Under the pieces are notes generated by a model that worked only from the letters and a program-made list of their open reading frames with translations, did no database searches and was not told the DNA's origin. DNA of 63,295 nt, filler included, from Globobulimina sp. (taxonomy: Eukaryota), in NCBI GenBank assembly GCA_003354225.1. It is 39 parts of 39 records of this genome, joined end to end, with 100 filler letters (N's around TTAATTAATTAA, not from the genome) between each part and the next. Parts side by side here need not be neighbours in the genome. Positions count along the whole stretch, not along the records: positions 22,771 to 24,296 come from PIVH01015301.1; positions 24,397 to 25,922 come from PIVH01015302.1; positions 26,023 to 27,548 come from PIVH01015303.1; positions 27,649 to 29,174 come from PIVH01015304.1; positions 29,275 to 30,800 come from PIVH01015305.1; positions 30,901 to 32,426 come from PIVH01015306.1; positions 32,527 to 34,052 come from PIVH01015307.1; 32 more parts are not named here. One strand, given 5' to 3'. Each line of letters begins with the position of its first letter. The first letter of the stretch is position 1. Positions 22,771 through 34,152 of this stretch are shown here, one piece after another. The position numbers were made by a program, and so were the translations under genes.

Positions 22771-24042
22771 TATTTGGTGTGTTTTGGTGGAGTGTGGGTC
22801 ATTTCTTTGATGGTGTTGGTTTGTATCATAATATTTTGGTTTGTTATTTGGTATTTACTGTATAAAATAAACACAAACCAACGTGAGTCTCGCTCATTTT
22901 ATCTGAGGACTATTACCAAGCCGTATAAAGTGGAATTTTGGTATTGGGAAATTATTTTAATTTCACGTCGAGTATTATTAGCATTTTTGGTGACATTTCA
23001 ATACATTTCATATCATTTAATTCGTTATATATTATTAATTTTATTGGTCAGTTATTTATGTTTACATTTCCGATGTTATCCATTTAGATATCAACGAGCA
23101 AACCGTATCGAAGCAGTTTGTTTATTTTTATTAATTGTATGTTTGGTTATAATTATTATACTATTCGATACGACGACAAATGGAATATTTGTCTCGTTTG
23201 TTATGAGCATTGTTGTATTGATTCCAATTATTATATTTATAATTTATATTATATTTTCTATCAAACATTATTTTGATATTAAAAAAGAAACGCAATTATT
23301 TAATGACAAAAGCAAATTGAAAATTAAAATAGAAAAAATGAGAGAACGGATGACTGTTTCACAACAATTATTATTTGACGACACCACTCCAAACAATGCA
23401 AAAGGAACCGTTGATGAAATCCAATTAGCCACCATTTTAGAAGGCGATTTGCAAACCAATTTACAAGAGAATGCAGAAATAATTACAGATGATAATATAG
23501 AAATTACTGAAGTGGACCCGGATAAAAATAAAAATTTGATTATAACTGAAAATGATTTGGAAGAAAAAAATGAAATCGCTGTTGAGATTGAACCTGAACA
23601 GAAAGTGACTCAACAACAGCAAATGGGAGAAAACGAAAAGGAAAAGGATGAAAATGCAACAATTGAAAATGAAAGGAAAAAGGCAAAAAATGTAGTTAAG
23701 ATCGATGAAAAGGAAAATCAAGTCGGACTGAAAAAAATTGATAAAAAGGAAACTACGGTAAAGGTTAAGAAAATTAACAAAAAGAAGAAAAAAGTAACAG
23801 ATCAAAAGCAAAATGTACAATCATCGAAAAAGAAAACGAAAAACACTCAAAAAAAGAAAACGAAAAACACACAGAAAAAGAAAACAACAAAGGCTGTGGA
23901 TCCGAATAAAAGCAAGAAGAAAAAGAAAAAATCAGTAAATGGAACAAAAAATCAGAGCAAAAAGAAAAAAGAAAACATAGCGGATGATGCAAAAGAGAAA
24001 AATACAAAGAAACAGAAAACAGATAATCAATACTTTGAATAA
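22771..24042 (+). CDS. C-terminal multi-TM region (TRP_C-like) with Lys-rich tail, 5'-truncated
   Basis: PYKVEFWYWEIILISRRVLL and PF..QRAN.IE patterns; tail contains KKKTKNTQ twice. Confidence 0.7.
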   Translation, partial: YLVCFGGVWVISLMVLVCIIIFWFVIWYLLYKINTNQRESRSFYLRTITKPYKVEFWYWEIILISRRVLLAFLVTFQYISYHLIRYILLILLVSYLCLHFRCYPFRYQRANRIEAVCLFLLIVCLVIIIILFDTTTNGIFVSFVMSIVVLIPIIIFIIYIIFSIKHYFDIKKETQLFNDKSKLKIKIEKMRERMTVSQQLLFDDTTPNNAKGTVDEIQLATILEGDLQTNLQENAEIITDDNIEITEVDPDKNKNLIITENDLEEKNEIAVEIEPEQKVTQQQQMGENEKEKDENATIENERKKAKNVVKIDEKENQVGLKKIDKKETTVKVKKINKKKKKVTDQKQNVQSSKKKTKNTQKKKTKNTQKKKTTKAVDPNKSKKKKKKSVNGTKNQSKKKKENIADDAKEKNTKKQKTDNQYFE

Positions 24043-24594
24043 AACAGTGATGTCAGATAACGATCTTTTGACACCTCTCGTCCCTGAAACATAAATATTT
24101 TTGTGATGGTTTATGTTTCTACACGTTTGTGATGGTTTATGCAAAAAATTCATATATATCCAGAGTGAGATAATCTGAGGTCACCTTAGCTTAAATACCA
24201 CCTTATAGATGAGAACGGATCGTTTGCAATTGAAAAAACGTAAAACTAAATGAATTGTTGCATGATCGATTATAAATATGAATACAAACAATCACANNNN
24301 NNNNNNNNNNNNNNNNNNNNNNNNNNNNNNNNNNNNNNNNTTAATTAATTAANNNNNNNNNNNNNNNNNNNNNNNNNNNNNNNNNNNNNNNNNNNNGGAA
24401 ATGAGCTAATATTGGAAAGATGAAGAAACGCAAAGAAATAAAAAATATTTATATTAAAATGTCAAAAGATGATCATAGTTTGTCATAACTTTTGCTGTAT
24501 ACAATTTAAATTACATTATCTGTTTTTATAAACATTACAAAAAAACCCTCAGCTAACTCTAAACTTTTAGTACTTCGCCACACTTCGAACCACT

Positions 24595-25680
24595 ATGTCA
24601 ACAATCGAAGCACAGTCAAATATCGTACATGTTCATACACCAAACGAACAAGATGCATTGAATGAAAATGAGAATAAAGAAAAAGAACAAGAACCAAAAG
24701 AAGAAAAACCACCATTTCCAGACACAGATTCAAATGTTAACAAAGAAGTCAATATTGACATTAAAGGCGAAGATAACGAGAAAGAGGAAGAAGAAGAAGA
24801 GAGTTTATTGAGTGAGAATGAATTGGCATTTCTAAACAATGTAATAAAATGTTGTGAAGATGATAATAATATCGACGCATATCAAGTAATGGCATTTGAT
24901 AACAACACTCGCGAAAATTGGAAAGATGGAATCAAATATGCACTGAATATAATTAAATGTGTATTATGTGCATTAACCCAAATCTTTGGTATTATAATTA
25001 TTATGGCTGAAGTGGTTAAATTAGGCTTACAAGAAAAGACTTGGTGTAATATCCCATCACTTGAACATGAAACCGTTATACAGTTAATTTTCGAGGCAGA
25101 TTTAAAGATTTTAGCGTTTTTATTTAGTTCGTTTTTAGCATATTTTTCCATTGATTCTCTAACTTCGGTGGGTAAAGGAATGTATTTTAAGATGAAATAT
25201 GCGGAAAGAATTAAATGGGTAAATACGACCTGGCTACGAGTTGGATTCACAGTCAATTTATTTGTCTCAATCATAGCCGTTTATGGCGCATTTTTAGTGA
25301 TTTTTTTTAGTGATAACTCATTGGATATGGTTTTAAATTCAGTTACGTTTATTTAGCGAAAAACAGTTGTTTCTGTATGTATAACTTTTATTTTTTAGGT
25401 GGCTTTATTTTTTATTATTGAACTCGACGATCTTTTGGTGAAAGATAGCGATTATGAACGCATTCAAAGTCATATCGAACAATACGAGAATCGAGATTTA
25501 ATGGTAAAGAAAATGTTAATTGAAGATGAAGTGAATAAATGTAAATATTGTTGTTTTGTATGTGGTGGCAAATTCGGTCAATGTATTAATTGGTTTGTTG
25601 CCGTTCCATTTACCATTATTCAATATGTTACGTTGGTTTTCTGTTTTATTTGCCCTGGATTGATTTTAGTTTGTTATTAA
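24595..25680 (+). CDS. Multi-TM hypothetical protein (intron 25342-25398), complete
   Basis: Splicing gives DMVLNS|VALFFIIELDD and joins two ORFs in frame. Confidence 0.8.
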
Positions 25681-26022
25681 TATCTATCCTTTTTATCACG
25701 TTCATGCTAAAGATTAGAAAGAAATAACATGTAAATTTTACTTTTTTTGTTTCAATTGTTTGTTATTAAAATTTGTGTACATTTTTTTTTTTAGTTTCAT
25801 GTATACTGTACTTAATTTACAAAGTTTCATTGCCTCCAACAAAAATAAACCGGCCTAGTGTTGAAAATTACATCCTTACGAAATGAAGCAGAAAAAATGT
25901 GTGCGCATCAACCAGAAAAAAANNNNNNNNNNNNNNNNNNNNNNNNNNNNNNNNNNNNNNNNNNNNTTAATTAATTAANNNNNNNNNNNNNNNNNNNNNN
26001 NNNNNNNNNNNNNNNNNNNNNN

Positions 26023-27548
26023 ATTACAAAGTTGATCAATAATCGAGTCGTTGCATCATTCCATCGCGTAATTTTAATTTCATTTATTAATTTAATATAA
26101 ACTTGAATAAAATATCGAAAATGATTGGCATTTTTTAAATTTCCTTGTAAATGCAAAAAAAAATCTTTTTGTTTATTTTTATCACTCATTTTTCCAATAA
26201 AAAAAGTTATGCATTGTGTGGCAATTAATAATATATCATCTTCTTTATCATCGTCTCTTTTACTCAATAAATTACATAAAACCACAAACCATTCATACGC
26301 AATTTCTGTATATTAATATATTATATGTTTCCCAAAAACAAAAAAAAAACAATTCCGACATAAATACCTAAAGTATCATCGTTATTTACCATAAACAACA
26401 ACACTTCCAATCTGATTATAATATCCTTTGTGTTTAACTTATCTGAATGTTTTAATGATGCTCTTAACGGATTTAATACCCTCAATTTGATCATTTTGAT
26501 GAATTTGGGTGGTTCCAACGTGGCAAACATTACTAATAATTGACATAATATCGTCAATGGATATAACTGACTGTTATCAATATCACATTCCATGTCAACG
26601 TCATCGTCTTTTTTCTCCTCCGTATTAGTTTTGATATATTTTGTCTCATTTTTTAATAAACGAATAACTAAAATACATAATCTTTTATATACATTTAAAT
26701 TATTTTCTGTTAAAAATGTAATCCATTCTTGTGGTGTATTAATATTTTGTGATAAAAAATATAATAATTCTGATAAATCATTTTGTAGCTGTTTCATTGA
26801 TTTTGTTTTCAATGAATATTCGCTGATATCAATCGGCAGTTCAATGCCATATATCAAGTCATAATCATATTTATCATGTTTTATATCATGCAAAATTTTA
26901 ATTATTGTGTTAATTTTATTATTTATCAACTGAATTAAGCGTAAAATATCATTAATTTCAGATTTTGTATACTTGTTAGTCTCATTATTATCATTATAAT
27001 TTTCATGTTGTTTATGATAATCAGTGTAACTAATTTTTACAGTTTTTTTTAATTCATTTGTTAATACATCCACCAAGTCATCCAATTTATATTTGTCTAA
27101 GACATCTGTTTTCGAATAATTTTTCCATCGGATAATATTATATAAACCATCTAAACATAATAGTAATTGTTTGGAGGATGGTTGACAATTATGACACGCT
27201 CTAAATATTATATATTCTTACATTTGGTACACAACAAAATTTACAAAGCAGCTGTATTTTTAAGTTACGAATTGCTGCCATGCACAGATAAAAAACTTTA
27301 AGTGAAAAACACTTATTTTAGAAATGCAAGAAAAAACCGTATAAAACCTACGCTCGAAAAATGTTTTTTGACAGACATATATACAAAAATACCTTAAATA
27401 TATATCAACTAATATTTTAATATCAGACGTAAAATAAAATGTATACAAATTGTATCTAAATACAAAAGCATTAAATTCAATTAATAATTCTAACTCTGTG
27501 TTGTTTTGTGCATCATTCGTATCGTCATAATCAATATTATTTAATAAA
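26023..27548 (-). CDS. Helical-repeat-like hypothetical protein, internal fragment (intron 26306-26367; another likely near 27200)
   Basis: ORFs 26321-27085 and 25971-26285 are joined in frame by a GT-AG intron. Confidence 0.6.
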
Positions 27549-27804
27549 NNNNNNNNNNNNNNNNNNNNNNNNNNNNNNNNNNNNNNNNNNNNTTAATTAA
27601 TTAANNNNNNNNNNNNNNNNNNNNNNNNNNNNNNNNNNNNNNNNNNNNTTCTTCGTTAACTATCGAACCAAAATAGAGATACAACGGCTGCGTTGACAAG
27701 GAGCGGCAGCCCTCTCAACGCTGCTCTGATAAAACTTTGTGCGTGTCTATGGAGAAAAAGGAAAAAATCGTAATAAAAAGAAAACTTTTGTTTTTATTGT
27801 TCTT

Positions 27805-28611
27805 ATGTCTTGTCCTATCCCAAAACGACAACGACTTCTATTGGAATCGCCACCAATTATGCCGAATGAAGGGGATAAATGTGTTTCCTGCAAGAAAGAA
27901 GGAAAGGGCTTTAAATGTATGTTCTGTTTGCGTCGGTTCCATTCCTCTCCCGATTGTGCCCCTGCGTTTCTGTTCAAAGGAGATCATTGTGTCCTTCCTC
28001 CATTTATGTTCAACACATTTGTATGTGGACAGAACTGTGCTAAATACGGAATAGCAGAACATCCCGTTGTAAAGGACCTTAAGGAAGCCAATTTACGTAT
28101 GGAGCAAGAAATAGAAAATTTGAGGGATGAAATACGACGCCAATCAGCTCAGCAGAAAGCAGTAATTATTGAAATAGTCGACGAAATGCGGGAACAAGAC
28201 ACCCGTAGGAACAATTTGATTATTTTTAATGTAAAAGAATCCAAAAAGTCCGAAGGGAAGGAAAGACAAGTGGAAGATGACGGTGCTGTCAAAAATATTT
28301 GTGAACAATTGAAAGTATCTGACGCAAATTTTGAAAAGTGTACTCGACTGGGACATAAATCAGACAAAGTTCGGCCAATTAAAATTCGTATGATTTCGTT
28401 CGAGAAAAAGATGGAGCTTCTAAAGAAAATGAATATCATGCGTCGTAATCGGTCACAGAACACTCCAAATATTGTCTCTGATCTTACCCCATACCAACGA
28501 GAAGTACGTAAAAGCATTTTATTTGAATTAAAGGAGCGTCAACAAAAAGGGGAAGAATGTTATATTGACTGGAAGGCCAAGAAGGTCGTTCCCGGGAAGA
28601 AATGTTTTTGA
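27805..28611 (+). mobile_element. Non-LTR retrotransposon ORF1-like protein (PHD-like finger, coiled coil, RRM-like region)
   Basis: CxxC...CxxC..FH..C..., RRNNLIIFNVKES, RLG..RPIKI, SDLTPYQRE, as in CR1/L2/Jockey-type ORF1; intronless. Confidence 0.82.
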
Positions 28612-29568
28612 AGAAAAGCAAGCACCTTTAGGAATTTCGTTAATCATAACTCTTGTTTTCTTGTCAATGTACTGTATACATAGTTAACAAATGGTTAAAA
28701 AATGGCTGGGTTTATTCAATTATTTCGGATACCTTTCTTAATGTCAATCGTAAAGTATCTGGAGGTTTGGAGTACAGCTTTTATTGATACTAATTTGAGA
28801 TGAACTTTTATATTATATGGAGAAACCTGTCTTCAGTCGGTGCCATTCTAAAGTTGTGTTGTTATGTGCAAGCAAAGGTGAAAGGTTATAATAATTTCAA
28901 GACCTACATATTTCAACTTTAGCCATGGATTTACTATTTATGTATTCAATGTATCGAATGTTGTTAATTTCATTTATGTAGTGAATTGGTTAATGGTGAT
29001 TCTTATATTTCCTTCTCGTGGTACTCCTTTGTTACACTTTCTCTATTTTGTTATGCTTATTGTACTGTATTGGTTTTTTTCTTGCTCATTATCTAAATAG
29101 GTATCTGATTATATTACGTTTTTGTGATTATTGATGGTTTTGTTCATCAGAGTAGCGTTGTTTTGGTAATAACANNNNNNNNNNNNNNNNNNNNNNNNNN
29201 NNNNNNNNNNNNNNNNNNTTAATTAATTAANNNNNNNNNNNNNNNNNNNNNNNNNNNNNNNNNNNNNNNNNNNNTGCATGTGGTATTTGATATCTTGATA
29301 ATTAAAGGTTTATGTTAGCACAAGTCTCCAAATTTCTGTCTTTATGCTGTTTTGTCACTGGGATAATTTCAAGATTTTGTTTTTCAGAAAAACTTTTTTG
29401 ATGTTAAGTTCATGACTAATTCACGAAAAATTCAATGTTATGGAGAGACGATCTCATGTGTCATTATTACCTGGTTCATCATTAAAAAGCTATAAAAACA
29501 TTCCATTTGTGATATGCCTGAAAAATACATTTTCTCAAAAAAAACAAACACTTTTTACTCTTTGAGTC

Positions 29569-30800
29569 ATGGCAAATGGCACAGGTATTCTTATCAACCT
29601 CGGAGGGACAACAACAGCGCCCGACGATAAGAAAGAAAACCAACAAAAAAAGAAAATGAGCAAACGTGATTACGCCGTAGTTCGTGTGATAGGCAAAGGC
29701 GGCTATGGTGAAGTACGCGTAGTGCGCAACAAAAACGACAACCGCGTCTATGCAATGAAAACCTTATTAAAAAAGAAAATGATCGAAAAGAAGCAACAAA
29801 AGCACGTGCGTACGGAGCGCGATTTGATGGTCCACGTCGACCATTGGTTATTAGTGCGTTTATATTGGTCGTTCCAAGACGACACTTATTTGTATTTAGT
29901 GATGGAATATTGTCCGGGCGGCGATTTGATGAAAATCCTCATCAAAGAAGACATTTTGTCGGAGCCCGTGACCCGTTTTTATATGGCTGAGTGTGCCGCG
30001 GCTATCCATCATTTGCATGAACTCGATTACGTCCATCGGTATGCTCCACATTGCCGCCACAAATAAATAAATAAATAACACACACCGCCACCACAACGAC
30101 AGAGACCTGAAACCCGACAACATGTTGATTTCCAAGGACGGCCATTTGAAGCTCTCCGATTTTGGGCTCGCCAAACATTACGACACCGACGTCCATAACA
30201 TGACGACCGATGTGATCACAAAATACCAGAACTCTGCGGCCATGAAAAGCGCTTTCGGCGCTTCGGGCTATTCATCGGCGGAAAGCGATGACTCTGCGGC
30301 GTCCAATAAGAAGATCACATTATTCAAAAAGAACAAGAAAAACCGCAAGAACCGCGCCTTGTTGTTCAGCGCCGTGGGAACGCCCAATTACATCGCCCCG
30401 GAGGTGTTCACCAAGAAAGGCTACGGCGAGGAGTGCGACTGGTGGTCGTTAGGCGTGATTTTGTTCGAATGCGTGGTGGGTTATCCTCCCTTTTATGCGG
30501 ATACGCCGATGAATACCGTCAAACGCATCGTGAATTACCAAAAGACGTTGCGAGTGCCCAAGGAGGCCAACTTGAGCAAGTCTGCCAAGGATGTCATCTT
30601 TCGCCTGATTTGCGCGCCGAAGAAGAGGTTGAAGTTCCACCAAATCAAAAGGCATTCGTGGTTCAAACGCGTGCCGTGGCATAACTTGAAAGCGATGAAA
30701 CCGCCGTGGATCCCGAGGATTGACCGCGACGACGATACGAGGTATGACAAATCTGAGTGCGTCCATACGCAAAATCGCATGTTGTGTTTGTAGGTACTTT
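29569..30800 (+). CDS. NDR/LATS-family AGC kinase (introns 30039-30102 and 30742-30793), 3'-truncated
   Basis: GKGGYGEV, HVRTERD, SFQDDTYLYLVMEYCPGGD, HR|DLKPDN, LSDFGL, long activation-segment insert, SAVGTPNYIAPE, ECDWWSLG. Confidence 0.93.
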
Positions 30801-30900
30801 NNNNNNNNNNNNNNNNNNNNNNNNNNNNNNNNNNNNNNNNNNNNTTAATTAATTAANNNNNNNNNNNNNNNNNNNNNNNNNNNNNNNNNNNNNNNNNNNN

Positions 30901-32020
30901 TTTTATTGTTTATAATGTCATATAAACCATTAATAAATGACCAATATCCTGGTTCATTTTTTAATTGCCAAATCTCATTATATTTGCTTGAAAAACTAAT
31001 ATAAAAATCATAAATATTCAACATAAGGCACCTGGAAACCTCCCATTCTTCGTTCGAAATTGTAATAAAGTTTTCGCCGTCTAACAATTTGTACGAACTT
31101 TCATATAATTGTGATTTTGTCATAATTTCCAGGCCCATATTTTTATCTAATTCAACGAAGACAAAATTCTCTGTTAAAATTGATATTTTGTAATATTATT
31201 AAAATTGATATCATTTTTCAATTTATTTTTGTTTTCACGGTAATAATTTTCAATTCTTTTGTAATAAATTTTCATTTTATTATCGTATAATTTATACGCT
31301 AAGGCCATAGTTCTTGGGTCAATGGACGTGGATTTACAGTGAATTGTAACTTGGCGTTTGATTGAAGCCGATGCGTTTTTTAATTGTTTAACGTATAAAT
31401 TCAAATCAATGTTATCCAACACACAGTTTTTGCCAAATTTGTCTATTTTCAATACAAATTTTGGTGTTTGGAAACTGTTAAAGTTAAATAAATAAGTTTG
31501 AGAGTAAGGGATAATTGAATGGTATTTAAATATATTGTTTTTAATAATAATTAATTTATCATAATGACTTTGATTGTCATATTTTCATTCTACTAAAATT
31601 AAAATGATCGCAAAAGTCATGCTCCTTAAAAACAGTTTTAATGACATTTTTGTTGATGATTATTGACGAATTATTTTGATCCATATCTTCGTCGCTTTCA
31701 TCATTTTTCTCTTCGTTGTTACTTTCTTTTTCATCATTTAATTGTTTTTGAATTGAAAATTCTAAAAATTTCTTGATTTTGGCGCGTAACAATTTAATAT
31801 GTATCTTTTTCAAATTCACATTTTTCTGATTTATACGCGATTTAATCTCTTCTCGGCGAGCTCGAATTAATTTATATGAATCACAAATATTTACAATGTC
31901 ATCATTTAATGTCAGATATAATTCTTGTTCGACTTTTTTGAGTTTATTTTTAAATTTAGAAACTTCAATATTTTTAATCCATTGTTTCTTTTTACTGCGA
32001 TTTTTGATTAATTTCTTCAT
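30901..32020 (-). pseudogene. Frameshifted ORF, probably the N-terminal part of a Penelope-like RT polyprotein
   Basis: Three ORF pieces join by single frameshifts (near 31580 and 31180); FVFVELDKNMGLEIMTKSQLY resembles the PLE pre-RT DK(G/N) motif. Confidence 0.5.
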
Positions 32021-32052
32021 CGATTTACGGTTATTATTAACAAGTGAAGTAC

Positions 32053-32070
32053 CCGCTGGCTAGCCAGCGG
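32053..32070. repeat. Perfect 18-bp palindrome CCGCTGGCTAGCCAGCGG
   Basis: Self-reverse-complementary GC-rich island in AT-rich DNA. Confidence 0.9.
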
Positions 32071-32117
32071 ATCAGTTTAATTTTTACTCACACTCTATTA
32101 ATTCATTGGTTTGATGC

Positions 32118-32426
32118 TTTTTAGTGTTGATGATTAGCCCGATGCATTTTTAGTGTTGTGATTATCCCGATCGATGAATTTTAGTGTTGATGCCTATCCC
32201 GATGTATTTTATGGTTGATGATTTTTCCAATACCTATCACGATGGATTTTAGTGTTGATGATTATCCCGATGCATTTTAGTGTTGATGATTATCCCGATC
32301 GATGAATTTTAGTGTTGATGTCTGTCCCGATGCATTTTTAGTGTTGTGATTATCCCGATCGATGAATTTTAGTGTTGATGTCTGTCCCGATGCATTTTTA
32401 GTGTTGATGATTATCCCGATGCCTAG
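32118..32426 (+). repeat. Tandem array of about 10 units of 28-32 bp (TTTTAGTGTTGATGATTATCCCGATGCA) with a ~60-bp higher-order dimer
   Basis: Units read directly; variants ending CCCGATGCA and CCCGATCGATGAA tend to alternate; the array runs off the contig. Confidence 0.95.
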
Positions 32427-33143
32427 NNNNNNNNNNNNNNNNNNNNNNNNNNNNNNNNNNNNNNNNNNNNTTAATTAATTAANNNNNNNNNNNNNNNNNN
32501 NNNNNNNNNNNNNNNNNNNNNNNNNNTTCAAACAAAAGTGTAGGGTGCGAGTCATTGCAAAACATGGTGTCCCTGCTTATGTTTTGATATGTATTTAACT
32601 TGTGTAGGCTCCGCAGATTCGTAACCGCTTAATGGACCAAATTCTTATATTTAAGCTTAAAATACTTTATAAATGGTATATATATATATTAAAATACTTT
32701 ATAAAACAAACAATATATATACAGGCGCGTATGGGAATTGTTTTGTAAATATATAAACAAATGGTGCATTGAAAAAAAACGATAAGTTACAAAATACAAA
32801 ACAATAAAACACGTTACAATTAAAATATCAATCAGAAAACAGATGACACAAAACATATTTTATATGAATTATAATTAGAAATACACACAAAACATATGAC
32901 AAAACACGACACAAAACTGCTACGTGATTCGTTTTCAATGCATACTTACTGATTAGTAAGGCTTAATTAACAAACATTTAATGAAACACAAAGGGCGAAA
33001 AAATAAATCAACAGCAATTTATAAAAAAATAGAAATAAAACTAAATCTACATAGGTTATGACTAATGATTGAATGCAGAAACTTAAATATAATCTATTTA
33101 AACTCTAAAATCGTAATACGTAGGAAGTAATGTTACCATATTC

Positions 33144-34052
33144 TTAATATGCAATATAAACAGTATCGTCATCCAAATTATTACCACCTTCATTAGCCAC
33201 ATTATTAGTCATTAAATTTGTTTCTTTTGTTACAATATTCCATATAATATCGACCTGATTCTCATTGGTGATCTCAAACTTATTTTTTAAATCATTTTTA
33301 CAAATAACTTGCTCGCACAATATCTGCGGTGTAACCACGCCATATTTGGCAAGTTTGTCATACAACACTGATGAGAGCACATTTTGAGATTTAAATCGAA
33401 CGATTTCATGTTTCATCCCATCACAGTGTTTTAAAAACTTTTTCCGTACGATTTTGCTTTTTATTCCCACATCATTCATTAATATGTCATCATCAAACAA
33501 TCCGATTGAATCCATATCGCAACATTCATTTTCTTTAAATTGATCAAAATATTTTTGCATATTCATTCTTTCCAAAAAACTGTAAAATTGTTTCTCTGTG
33601 CTTTGTTGGGCTGTGAATTTTGAATTTATTCCTTCTTTTTTCTTTTTTATTCCCCCTTTTTTTCCGCCGCTGAGTGCCCATTCAATCGCAGCATTAATAT
33701 TTATATAATCCACAGCCTGACAGGCGTCCCTACACATTTCCTTTGAGCCTAATTGCAAAGTCAACATTTGTTCCACCATAACATCCGTGTCATTATCGAT
33801 TGGTGTCGTTGTCTCTTTTGATTCTGGATCCTCATTTTGTTTTGAATCTTGATATCCAGTTTCATAATCTAGCACCATTTCTGTTTTATTTTCGACATTA
33901 TCGACAGGATAAGCAAACACGCGAATTTTTGTATCACTAAAATATACTTCGACAATAACGGACAATTCAGTCGAATTCGGAGGGAATACAATAACACATT
34001 TTGCCAGACATGGTTTGACCGCAATTTTTGGATCTTGTTCATCTGAACAATA
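33144..34052 (-). CDS. C-terminus of an HSPA12-like protein fused to UBA-like and SAM domains, 5'-truncated
   Basis: YCSDEQDP...VIVFP...VIVEVYFSDTKIRVFA (HSPA12-like end), VEQMLTLQLG...NINAAIEWAL (UBA), FLERMNMQKYFDQFKENE...LMNDVGIKSKIVRKKFL (SAM). Confidence 0.62.
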   Translation of the reverse strand, partial: YCSDEQDPKIAVKPCLAKCVIVFPPNSTELSVIVEVYFSDTKIRVFAYPVDNVENKTEMVLDYETGYQDSKQNEDPESKETTTPIDNDTDVMVEQMLTLQLGSKEMCRDACQAVDYININAAIEWALSGGKKGGIKKKKEGINSKFTAQQSTEKQFYSFLERMNMQKYFDQFKENECCDMDSIGLFDDDILMNDVGIKSKIVRKKFLKHCDGMKHEIVRFKSQNVLSSVLYDKLAKYGVVTPQILCEQVICKNDLKNKFEITNENQVDIIWNIVTKETNLMTNNVANEGGNNLDDDTVYIAY

Positions 34053-34152
34053 NNNNNNNNNNNNNNNNNNNNNNNNNNNNNNNNNNNNNNNNNNNNTTAA
34101 TTAATTAANNNNNNNNNNNNNNNNNNNNNNNNNNNNNNNNNNNNNNNNNNNN

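Noticed and set aside
32118-32426. CRISPR array
   Set aside because: Units are directly adjacent with no unique spacers, there are no cas genes, and the context is eukaryotic.
32118-32426. Tandem hammerheads (TTGATGA resembles CTGATGA)
   Set aside because: No C at the first core position and no stem II followed by GAAA.
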